DNA from: Antedon mediterranea
Lineage: Eukaryota > Animalia > Echinodermata
Direction of reading: 5' to 3'
DNA: 64,000 nt
Assembly: GCF_964355755.1 (NCBI RefSeq)
Contig: NC_092672.1
Location: 27,782,437 to 27,846,436 of the forward strand
The notes below the pieces were generated by a model. The model was not told where the DNA came from, did no database searches, and worked only from the letters and a program-made list of their open reading frames with translations. This document shows positions 1 through 12,200 of this stretch, in pieces (position 1 is the stretch's first letter; each line of letters begins with the position of its first letter). Both the position numbers and the translations under genes were made by a program.

Positions 1-167
1 AAATACCAACCATATTACAATTAAAACATGAGTACAAACATGAGTATGAATTGAAAAGTTACATTTTCGATTAAATTTAAAAACCACAATAGGACGGAAA
101 TCTATAATTGCATAATATTTTCGAAAGTTGAATATGACTTAGAATCGGGCGGTTGAAATGTCACGAT

Positions 168-226
168 TTAGCAGCAATCTTTTTTCATTTTCAAAACTCC
201 ATTATATTTCAGGCCACTGTCATCAT
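168..226 (-). CDS. terminal coding exon 17 ((Y)DDSGLKYNGVLKMKKDCC*)
   Basis: Acceptor tcttttcaacag, phase 1 matches the upstream donor, TAA at 170-168. Confidence 0.7.
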
Positions 227-3200
227 CTGTTGAAAAGATAGAAATGTGTTAAGTATATTCTTGCCAGTTGATTAGTTGATTTCGTGTGACGTAGAACTGG
301 TTATTTCGTTCTATTAAATGGTCAGCCCGTTTTTAACATTTAAGAGTGTACACTGTAGTGTAATTATTTCAGTTTTCAAACACTGAAGCAAAGACAGGTA
401 GCTCAAGTTTGACCAATCTCAAGCGACAGTTCAGATGAGGCGCCAAATTACTCACATTGGACGTACATGACAGTGAGACCTTAGTGAGAGCTAAATAATG
501 ATATAAACTCACACAGCCAGTTGTTTTCACTAGTTCCAGCCGTCTTGAAGTCCGGCAAACTTTTTGTCAAAGAGTCCCAGGTCTCTTTACTGATAAACAC
601 CCACGTTGCACCATGATCTTTACTGCGCATGTAACTGCGCATGTCCATGTGAATGCCAAAGATAAGTCCTGTGAGCTGATCAGATCCAATGACATTGTGT
701 AGGTTCATTGGTAGAGCTATTGAAGAATATTTACATGTTTATACATATTATAATGATAATAGTAGGCCTATAGGGATATATTTTTCATTTTGACATAAGA
801 AAAATATAAAAATTATGTTCTGTTTATGGGCCTTTTTTTAATCGAAAGTGAGAAAAGGGTTGTTGTGTGGGGCTAAGCATTCAAGGAAAGATGTATTGAC
901 AAAAGAAATGTAGGCACTACGCCTAACCATTTATTGATAATTGTCTGCAAATCCAAAAATCTCCGGGAGAAAGTGTCAGTGTTAGGACTATTACTTATCG
1001 ATTTATCAAGTTAGAGATTCCTCTTGCTGTCCATATCGATGTGTATGATGACCCGTGCCAGTTAGGCTCTAAGTATGGAAGTTCTAAATGTTTTAATATA
1101 TCAGCCAGCCTCAGGTCAGTGCTATTCTTTGAGGGACATTATAAAAACAATCCTCATTGTTTTACCTTTCCAGCGTCCATCTGGTGGATTATCTTGTACA
1201 TAGCAGGACGGAACAACATTGTCTGATAGACGTCCAACTGAAGGGTTACAAGCAAAAATGACTTCGTTATCCGGATCATCCAACTTTTTAGTTATGACAA
1301 AACCCTGGTCATAATAATCTGTCGAAATAATAAAAAAAACCTGGATAAATTAAAAGCTAACGCAATCCACAAGGCCTTATTCTGCGATTAATTACATTGT
1401 GTGGAAAACATCTTGTTGATGTCGTGTTGATGCTTCGAAAAATTGCTAAAAGTCACATGGATAGAAACCAAACCATGTTAAGATGATAGAATAGGAACGA
1501 AGAGTGCTCGGAGAGTGTATAATAACATTATACTACACTGTTTTGTTTAGTCAGAATGTTCGGAGTTCTTGTCTCTTTTTTATATAGGTTACGCGTCAGT
1601 GTTGACAAAGTAATTTGAGTTCATAAGCAACGGAACTTCTTGTGATATATTAGCTATGACGTCAGCACTTTTTATTCCAAACTTACCTGGAACTGGGCAT
1701 TTACTAGGATCACTGACACACACAGTATGTTTTCCGTTTTCACACTTATGAGCACCAGCCACGCAAGCATCGCACTGGCTAGATCCCCCATCATAATGGC
1801 AGACGTCTGTCTGAGATTCGGTCCATTTGCTGTACCTCATCACTGCTTCTTTTGCAGGTCCTACTACTGGTTCTGGTATACCCTCATTTCCCTCCTCTTA
1901 AGTAACAAGTATATAATAATGGAAATCCTTACTTATTGTGCTGAAACCCTTTTTCTACTTTATTACAATGCAGTTATAACTACTCTAATGGTTTATTGTT
2001 GGCGATCAAGTCTATGATAGTATGTAGTCATTATCGAAAAACCAATTGCCCAATCACAACGCAACAATTTGTCCTTAGGTCAAATTTTAAAACATTATTG
2101 CATTTATCCGATAGGACTAATTATCCGATTAGAATGAGATAATTATTGGTTAATTTTTCTAGAGCGAAATCATTTAAACCCCATATCCACATGAACTTTA
2201 TCGTTAATTATCGGTTAAGTTTATCGGTTAAGGTTTATCGGTTAATGTTTGGCTGCTGAAACACGGTCTTGTGCAGTACGTAAGAACCATATATTTAGCG
2301 TACCGTATTCAAAATCTAACATATGATACTCGCAGATAGCTGGCAGGATAGCGGTGCAGTCCATTATGTCCCAGTCACCAAGATCAGTACTGACATCCCT
2401 GGTATCGTAAACATCTACAAAAGCCGCAGCTCCGCAGTCTTCAGTCACACTTGTTCCGGGTCTGTTTGGTAGCCATTTTGTAAAAGATGCCAATGACCCG
2501 TTTGTCCACTTGAAAACGTCAGTACCCTAGAACATGTACATTGTTATTGAAATGTCATAAGGAATATAATAAACGGCATGTGTTATGTGATTAATTACGT
2601 TACTTACTTACTTAATTAGTTAGGTCCCTTTTATCTTGTTGTTAGCGGTGGATTTACGAGTTACGTGGAGTCTCTGAGCCATACTCACCTCAACGTCTTT
2701 CAGCCCAATCCAGTATTTGTATGGCGAGAGTGCTGGAACGAGGCCTAGCAGAAATTGCTGTTCAAACGTATCTTCAATCATGACTAATTGCGCATTGTCT
2801 GCTTCACAGGCCGCCTTTGCTGCATCCCAAGTTTCTAGCGTGTCGTTGAACACTTTGTAACACGTTTCGTTGTAAGGCGTGTAACCAGACCGACATAAAT
2901 CTATAAGTACAGTGTAAGAGTTATAGAGTAATTATAATCAGCCGATTCATGTTTGAAAGAATCATAGACACACTCGTTATTACAACGTAATATATCGATC
3001 ACATGTAAACTTGTATCAACGAAAGTTGGTTTGGTCGAGGAAGTCATCGTTATGATACACATGTGATCCTGTTTTCTACAACTTCTCTATGTTACAGGAC
3101 AAATTGTCGATACTTTACCGATATTAGAATCATATTAACCATAATTCAGATTTGATAAGAATGGCTTAATGTTGTGAAAGAAACATTGTCAAATTTTTAG

Positions 3201-6200
3201 GCGCCTTATGTTTATAAACAGCAGTTAAAATACGGCACATGCAATCCTCACAACCTGGTGAGATGCGCCTAATATTTATTTCAGCATAGTAAGAATATAT
3301 GCAGACAATGTATATCTCTTTCACATTAAACTGACATACTATCGTGCACTTACCGCCACCAACATCTGGTCTGTCCGAATACTTAAATTGAAAATATTTT
3401 GTGCAAGCAAGAACTTTAGCGCTATTAGCAGTCGAGAACCACAACAAATCAGCCACGCCAACAAAGCGACGAGTACCCGGAGCAGTTTTTCCGTTTTTGT
3501 CGATCCCTAGGCGTACGCGGAAAGTTGGTTTTGCTGCAATCTGAATGGTTCCAAGCTGTGAAATACATAAGAAATGTTACTACGCTTTTCTTTGATTGCA
3601 TTTAGAAAACCCCTGTCGACTTATATCATAAGTCATTAAAACTGAGAAAGTTAAACACACCACCAAGCGAAATAAAGGCTGTATTAATTGTAAACCTTTT
3701 AAATAATACCAAATCTGAAGAGTGAAAAAATCGCACCCAGCCAAGATCGAATTTGTTATCCTGATGCAGACAGACGTTCCATTTCATTAATAAGTATATG
3801 AATGTATTCTGAACATCTTACTGAAGGTACTACACTGGCCATCCACCCGTTTCCTAATCTTTCAAAATGTATTTGCGCTGTAGATAAACACCTAACATAC
3901 TTAAAAATACTCTTCCAAACCTTATTAACCAAGCTGACCGTGGGCCCTACACATAATTGAATCTGGTTGATTGTAGAATAACTTACATTAAATCGAACAG
4001 GTGATGGTCCAGACATGCTTGGGTTTACTGCTGGTGACTGGAACAGCTCTGTGTATTCTGATTCAAGTTTAATATATTGCACATTTTTCGAATTCATTAT
4101 TGTGAAAGTTACATCTACTGCTTTTCCCGTTGAATCGTCATCGTGCCAAATACTAATCAGTATTATTACATCATCACTGAAAAGAACCACCAACAAATAT
4201 TATTATCGAAATCAAATTAGAGTGGTACCACAATCACTATATCCCAATACTTATAGGACGTCAAGGGTGATTATGTGAACATATCTGCCGTACGTAAAGG
4301 GCTTATCTACAACAAGCTACTTTTGAGTAATTGACCAAAACGTGTTTCTGTTTCTCATTACAAAAGTTCATGTAATATTTTATTTTCAGATGAATATATT
4401 TAAAAAGTACATAATTGAAAAATATCTGACATAATATCCAATTATTACTTTCTTTTGGCGGTCAAATTGCAGATAAAGCCTTTTTCCAAATTATTTGTAC
4501 TTAACAATGGCGGGAAATACTTCGAAAACAGGGCACTTTTTTATTCTGTTTGATTTTTTATCAAAATTTACCAAAACATTTAGTAACTTTAGTTGAAATA
4601 AATTATAATCTTGTAAAAAGGCTTTTCTATTGAAAGTATTAATCTGCCTCATTTCATATTCATCATACTGTTATTTGATTTTGTCAAAGCGTCAAATGCC
4701 GCGACTCAAATGCCGCGACTCAAATGCCAAATACCGCAACCCAAATGTCAAACGCTTATGTACAAATTGGTTACATTTAAAAATCGTCAAACATGAAGAA
4801 TGATTGCCAACGATCAAATACGACGAATGCAATTGTTTGCCAATTAAATAATGCACATCAAAATTTCTGATAGTGTTCCCTAGTGTCAACTTCCACCATT
4901 CTAATTTATCTTATTTCATTCATACAATCTATATATAAATTTACGTAAGGGCAAAATTCGGTAAATCGCGCCTTACTTCTAGAATTTTTACTCGATGGTA
5001 TATAAAGTTGGTTCGTACTTTCGGTACTGATTTTAACCCTGTTTACTAATTAAATTAAGTTAGATAATTAGTTATTGACGATTAAAACGAATTTAGGTTC
5101 AACGATTTGCCCCAAATAGGGGTGTTTTCCGATCGTGGTATACACTGTCTAATGGATGTCCGTCTTGAAAAATACCCGCCACAAAAATGCGAGGAGGCTT
5201 CGCATTTTCCTATCTCCTCCTACGATAATTGTTTTTAATACCTGAAAACCGGTTGAACAGCTAGAGTACACCATCATAATGTTGAAGACAGGCCGATTTC
5301 TTTAAAAAAGATACTATTTTGATAGATTTAATATACGATTATACAAATGTATTGATTTGCGATGAATGGAACATCCCAATCTCTCAGTCTGCCAGAGTTT
5401 GGTTTAACACAAGTAGGTAAATTTATGAGCCCTTGGTTTAACACATACGGTAGGTAAATATATGGGCCCTTTGAGAATAAACTTGCAATACTTTGACAAT
5501 ATTAGGGAGGTTTCGCAACCTTACAAATACGATAACGAAAACGGATACGTCACACATTCTGACACTTTTGAGCTGATCCCCATTTCATATCCGTAAAGCG
5601 TATTCGTGTTGACGAGTATCACCAGTCATATTCGTAACTATAAAACGAGTATAGTTTTTGATCTATTTTGCACATTTTGCATTTGAATCAGGAATGATTC
5701 ATGATTATAATATAATTATAGATTTATTGAAAGTAATTTACTAAAGTAATTTACTAAAATGCCAGGTAAATTTAGATAAATAGCAGTTTTTAAAGTCCTC
5801 ACTCGCTTTGATGTTACGCTAGGCCTAGGCAGCCAAGCACCAAGCAACACGTACCTGCGCTTCGCTCAAATTTACCGCAGTCATATTTTGGACGCGCCTC
5901 GATATTTCGTTGCCATGCGAAACAGATTTTTTTTATAGGGAGGTTTCGCAACGCTACGAATACGATAACGAAAACGGATACGTCACGCACACGTATTCGT
6001 TTTCGTATTACTGACATTGTGGATAGGCTCTACTGTTAGATATATAAACACATTATTATATACAAATAAACTTTATACTGACAGTTCCTTCTCAACGTTT
6101 GTATTAATTAATAATTACCAAAATATAAACGTCGTAGTGGTGTATCGTGACATGTACTTTAATATTTCAATCGATTATGACAGTGACAGTTTTAACAAAG

Positions 6201-9200
6201 TATTAAATCGCAAATGTTTTACTGTATTTAGAGGTATATTATGTATAGGCTTATAAAACATGAACAAAATATTTCGTTACTGAGTGGATAAAGAATATAT
6301 TTAAAATTGTTCCTCTTTGTACCTATCCGCTTTCCCATCCCTCAACCCTAATGTTACATACAAAACACAAATTGGATTTCTTTAAATGAGTCCAAATCAA
6401 AAATTTGGACTCATTTTGTGATAAGTTTCTCCTTCGGAAGTAATTCCCAGGGTGCTAATTTTAGTTGACTACATAAATCATCGTGTCTATTTATTCGTTT
6501 CTGTAAACGACAAAGTCCTGCAAATCTGTACATTTGAATCTGTACATTTGAAATCGCCAGTTTTGTTACGCTGAAATTAATGTATATTCGAGAACCATCT
6601 GTGGGCACGACCTAGATGGTACGCGAGCGAAGCGAGCGTACCATCTAGTTATATACAAATAAACTTTATACTGACAGTTCCTTCTCAACGTTTGTATTAA
6701 TTAATAATTACCAATAATATAAACGTTGTAGTGATGTATCGTGACATGTACTTTAATATTTCAATCGATTATGACAGTGACAGTTTTAACAAAGTATTAA
6801 ATCGCAAATGTTTTACTGTATTTAGAGGTATATTATTTATAGGCCTATAATAAAACATGAACAACATATTTCGTTACTGAGTGGATATTGGTTAGAATCT
6901 CGGTACTGATTTTAACCACCTGATGTAACCCTGTTTACTAATTAATTTGAGTTCGATAATTATTTATTGACAATTAAAACGAATTTAGGTTCAACGATTT
7001 GCCCCAAATAGGGGTTGTTTTTCGATCGTGGTATACACTGTCTAATGGATGTCTATCTTGAAAAATACCCGCAGACAATAATACGAGGATGCTTCGCATT
7101 TTCCTATCTCTTCCTACGATAATTGTTTTTAATGACTGAAACCGGTTGAACAGCTCGAGTACAGCATTATAATGTTGAAGACAGGCCGATTTTCTTTTAA
7201 AAATACTATTTTGATAGATTTAATATACGTTTATACAAAATGAATTGACTTGCGATGAATGGAACATTCCAATCTCTGTTCCACAATTCAAGCGTCTATT
7301 CCCTCAGGCGTCGTAAAGGCAAGTACTGTATACTCATAACAGAAATTTGATCCATTTTTTTTTCAATCTGTAATTCAGAGGTTGGATATAGATTTTTTTT
7401 AAACGGATAATGAACTAGCGTTTTCAGTCGCCGTATATTATGTACAAATCTTTATTATTGCAGTTAAACCACCCACATCATCACCCTTCCCTCACTGGCA
7501 TGAGTGGCGTTGTAAAGCCAGTAGAGGATAGGCCTACGGTGCATCACATGTCCTAAACGCAGAACAACGTTGGTGGGTAGGGTAGGAACCAACCAACTTA
7601 AAGTATGAATTGGCTCTAAGAAACAATTGAAAACCATTAGGCCTACTAATTAAGTTGAGTTAGATAATTTAATATTTATTGACGAATAAATCGAATTTAT
7701 GATTTGCCCCGAATAGGTGGTTTTCACAAATAGTTTTACATTATATAAACATATACACGTCGTATTGATGTATCGTTACATATACTGTAAACTTTCAATC
7801 GACTAGGACGGTGATAGTTTCAACAAAGTATTACATCGCAATGTTTTACTGTGTTTAGTGGTATATTATTTGTAAAACATGAAAACAATTAATATTTCGT
7901 TACTAAATGGATAAAAAATATATTTAAAATTTTTTCCTCTTTGTACCCATCCTCTTCCCCATCCCTCAACCCTATTTTTACATAAAAAAACACAAATTAT
8001 TAAGTTTGTTTAAATAACTTAAAAAATTGCTCTCATTTTGTGACAAGTTTCTCTTGCGGAAGTAATTCCCTGGGTGCTAATTTTAGTACATAAATCACAG
8101 TGTATTCGTTCCTGTAAACGACATGTATTATTGTCCTGCGGTACGTACATTTGAAATCGCCAGTTTTTTAACGCTGAAATTATTATGTATTCGAGAACCA
8201 TCTGTGGGCACGACCTAGATGGTACGCGAGCGAAGCGAGCGTACCATCTAGTTCTACAATAATAAGAACAATTACTCTTACATTGCTTGTATCCGATACT
8301 AAACTTACCCTTTATAAAAGGAATTAGTTTCGTATGTTATCCTGAACGACATCTTAGGCTTCGGGACTTCATTAATCAGCGTATAAACTGGTACTTCTCC
8401 AACCCAGATGTGAGCTCCGTTGCCAGTCTGTATTCTAAGTCCTAACCAGTGCTCTGATCCATTAACCACCGCGTCTGTATCGTCTAGGACAACTTCAATT
8501 TCTAACGTCAAGATGTTATTGGAAGCATCCGGGTCGTTCGATTCAATAAATCCGTCGAACTGTGTCACCGACCAGTCTTTAAGGATGCCGAAATCATCAT
8601 CGTTAGATGCAATGTACTGCGTCTGAGGAGCGTAGTAGCAGAACTCTGTCGAATACGTACAGGATAAGGAGTCACTGACATACGAAACGGACACTTTGTT
8701 GATACTCCACTGCTCGCTTGTCTTGTTAGTCGTGAAGTTGTATGGTAGTGTGACTTCAATTGTAGGATCAGCGGTACCTTTTGGAAACTCAACGAAAAGG
8801 TTCATATGCACCTTTTGACCAACGTTAACATAAACATTACCATCTGCAGACTGCTCTGTGATGTTCATCACGAAATGCGGTAGTTTACTGAAAACTGCGT
8901 TTGACACTCCTTCTGCGGTTACTAAGCCATTGAATATGTCAGTTAATTCAACAGTTATAGTTACACGTAACATAGCTCCAGGTTTGACATCGGCTACATA
9001 GAAATTGATGTAACAACAATAATACAGATTAGTATTGTATATCTAAAATAATACAAATTAGGAAGACATTAAAACTATAATTTTCACTTAAAAGACGTAT
9101 TGGTGTTATATTTCTTGTCAAAACTTAAAATACTAAAGCATAGGTTTGTTAGCACTTGCTGACGTAATTACGGTTTGCACAACAACAGAGCAATTTATAC

Positions 9201-12200
9201 GTTTACCGGAGGGATCTATAGGAACTATTATAATGTGATATGGTTGGTTGGGGTATGGACATTAATTCATAAAAAAAAAAAATTTTACAAAAGAATATAG
9301 TAATTTGATAATAAATCTGATCTGATAACACTTATTTGGGTTCTACAGCTTACAGTGTAAATTATTATTTTGGCTAAAAAAAAACAAACAAAAGATTCGG
9401 TTAAAATACCATTAACAGTGGAATTGATGGTCCCTTCAAATTGAATCTCAGATGAAAATAAACTGTTATTACTAAAAGACAAAGTCATTTCTGATGCGGA
9501 GACCAGGGTGACCGTGAAGTGGCTCTGAAAAATACAATGAATCCGTAACTACATCTCTTAGCAAATCTGACATAAAACAAAACGCAGTAGATCTGTCTAA
9601 TGAAGAAGAAACTCAGCAATAGGTAAATATCTTAAGCGGTAATGTAAATAGAATCTCAGAGATTAAAGTCGGCAAAGTCGGATCTTCTACTTCATTTTTT
9701 TCCCGCACGCCCAATTATATTATAGAGAAAAGACCTATATCTATGATTATTAAATAAGTTCATTTGGATCTGATAATGTAAAGTGATAAAAAGTTACTTC
9801 TAAATGATCCAATAGGTATGACATTCATTGACAACAAAATTACTACATCAGTTTACAGAAAACCTACTCATACCAACCAATATTTACACTTTCATTTATG
9901 TCACCCATTACAACATAAATGGAGTGTTGTGAGCACACTTGTGGACAGATGTCAGAATGTTGTTTCCACGCAGAAAGAACAAGAGAATAAAGTTAAAATC
10001 ATAAGAACTGCTCTATCTACATGCTAATATCCAAAGTAGTGTGTTAACAAAATTTAAAAAAACAAAAAACAGAACGACAAAGCAGAAAAGAATGAAAACA
10101 TAGAAAGACAAAAAGTATTGGAATTCCATATATCCCAAATATGTCGGAAAGAATACGAAGATTCCTAAAAGAACATAACATTAACACATACTTTATTCCT
10201 GAAAACAAGTTAAAAAACCAGTTAGTACACCCAAAAGACAAAATTAAAAAAGAAGACACTTGTGGTGTTGTGAAGTGTGAAGTGTGAAGTGAACTGTCAT
10301 AACTGCGATAGTATGTATGTTGGAGAAACAGGACGAGCGCTGAAGACCAGGATTAAAGAAGATAAAACCGAAGTTGTAGAACAATGCAAAGGTGTTTCAA
10401 CCAGATCAAGCAGAAAGTCGGCGTCAGAAAAGTTTCACAGCTCGGCTATCACGGATCATATGGCGACTCTTGGTCACACACCCAATTGGAACAACATCAA
10501 AGTCAAAGAAACTGAATGGAACACAAGAAAAATAAAAGAAGCGATACATATAAGATTACACCCTAATAATATGAATAGAGATGAAGGAGCATATGAACTA
10601 TCGCACATTTACGATAACATTCTAAAACGTAAAGAGACCGACCCCCGCACATCCCGCTTGGATAACTCCAAGCGGTAAACTTCACAATGGCTCCTTTCAA
10701 CCGCGTCACCGTAACGTTACCGCTACGTCACCAGAACGTATTCACTTATGATTATGCCTTGCTGTTAGTAGGCGAAACGTCAAGTTCTCTGGAAATGTAA
10801 GTACCGATATCATCTTACAAACTTGACACTATATTGAATCATATAGAAGTAACTTTTTATCGCATTACCTATATCTATGGTTTGACATTATCATTACAGT
10901 AAGTAAGGCCTATATTTAATTATTTCAATGCTAAAATCACACGTCACACATTATTGTTATGATCACAACATTACTCAATTAACCAATACCGTATAATAGG
11001 AAAATATAAAACTGAACCATACCGTGATGGTTGAGTCGGTGTTTCCGTTTCCTGTTAAAGTCCATATAAAAGGAACTTCAGATAGGTTGAACTGAAAAAA
11101 GATGTTACTATAATTACCACCCGAGTATCGGTGGTGTATCTAGATTTGCCCAGTATCATAGGAATAGTTGGTAATACAACATCACATGTGTTTCACATGT
11201 TTATCTTGTTCATATCATAAATAAATATTCCTCTGATACTATAACACTACGGAAATACTACGGAAACTATATCTCGAAGATACAGGACTGAGAATTGGGT
11301 AATAATTACGCCCAACCGGTATTTAGTACTATATACATTATGTTCCGCGTGTGTTATTTCTCTGATAAATTAACGTAGGCCTATACGTATATTTATCCAT
11401 GTCGACACACGACACATGAATTCGTAGCTTGTTTCATACGACAGAAATGATTGTAATCCATTGTTCGCAGAGGCTTACGGTGGATTTTATCGTCTGGCCA
11501 ACATTTGTTTAGTTCTTTGTCGTTTTAATTACATTTTTTCTTTTGAATAGTTTATGTTTATGAGAACTCGGAACCTATCAGTGTCACTGATAAAATATGA
11601 TATAGAAATGTATTTTCAAAAATTAAATCTCAAAGTTATAGTTAACGTGTAAAATTCAATCCATACAAAATGCACAGCAATTCAGGATCACGCGCGTCAC
11701 ACTACTCGCACACATTGTGACATACGCAAATTTCACCCATTATGCGACTACGGAATTTTCCCATTCTACTTATTCCATAACTCATTATACCCTTCATATG
11801 TATTCTCAACTGAGAATCATCATCATCATCAACTGTGCAAGTTTTGAAACACTAGTTATCGATATGTCTGATGCTGTATGCAAGTATTGCATGAATACCA
11901 CCAAAAAACAAATGAAAAAAACGGCATTGCGGCCAAATAATCACCCTATAGCCGCCGACTTAAATTGAGAATAACCAAAAATAGAGAAAGAAACAAATTA
12001 TATAGACATTTGATAATATATAAATTAATGGCATGGTCATTAACACTGTATACAATTCAATATATGTGTTCCTTAGTTAATTACCTCCATATTCTCAGTT
12101 GTAAGGGTAACATTAAAGCCTGTCCCTAATGTCAACCCAGTAGTGTTTACCAAGAGGTCCGTCTTTACTTCATCTCCAATTCCGTAGTAGGTTGTCGAAT

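Noticed and set aside
481-512. ORF-track stop at 481 as the end of the large gene
   Set aside because: A good donor (gtgagt) follows 513 and joins in phase to exon 168-226; read-through to 481 is probably intronic, though not excluded as an isoform.
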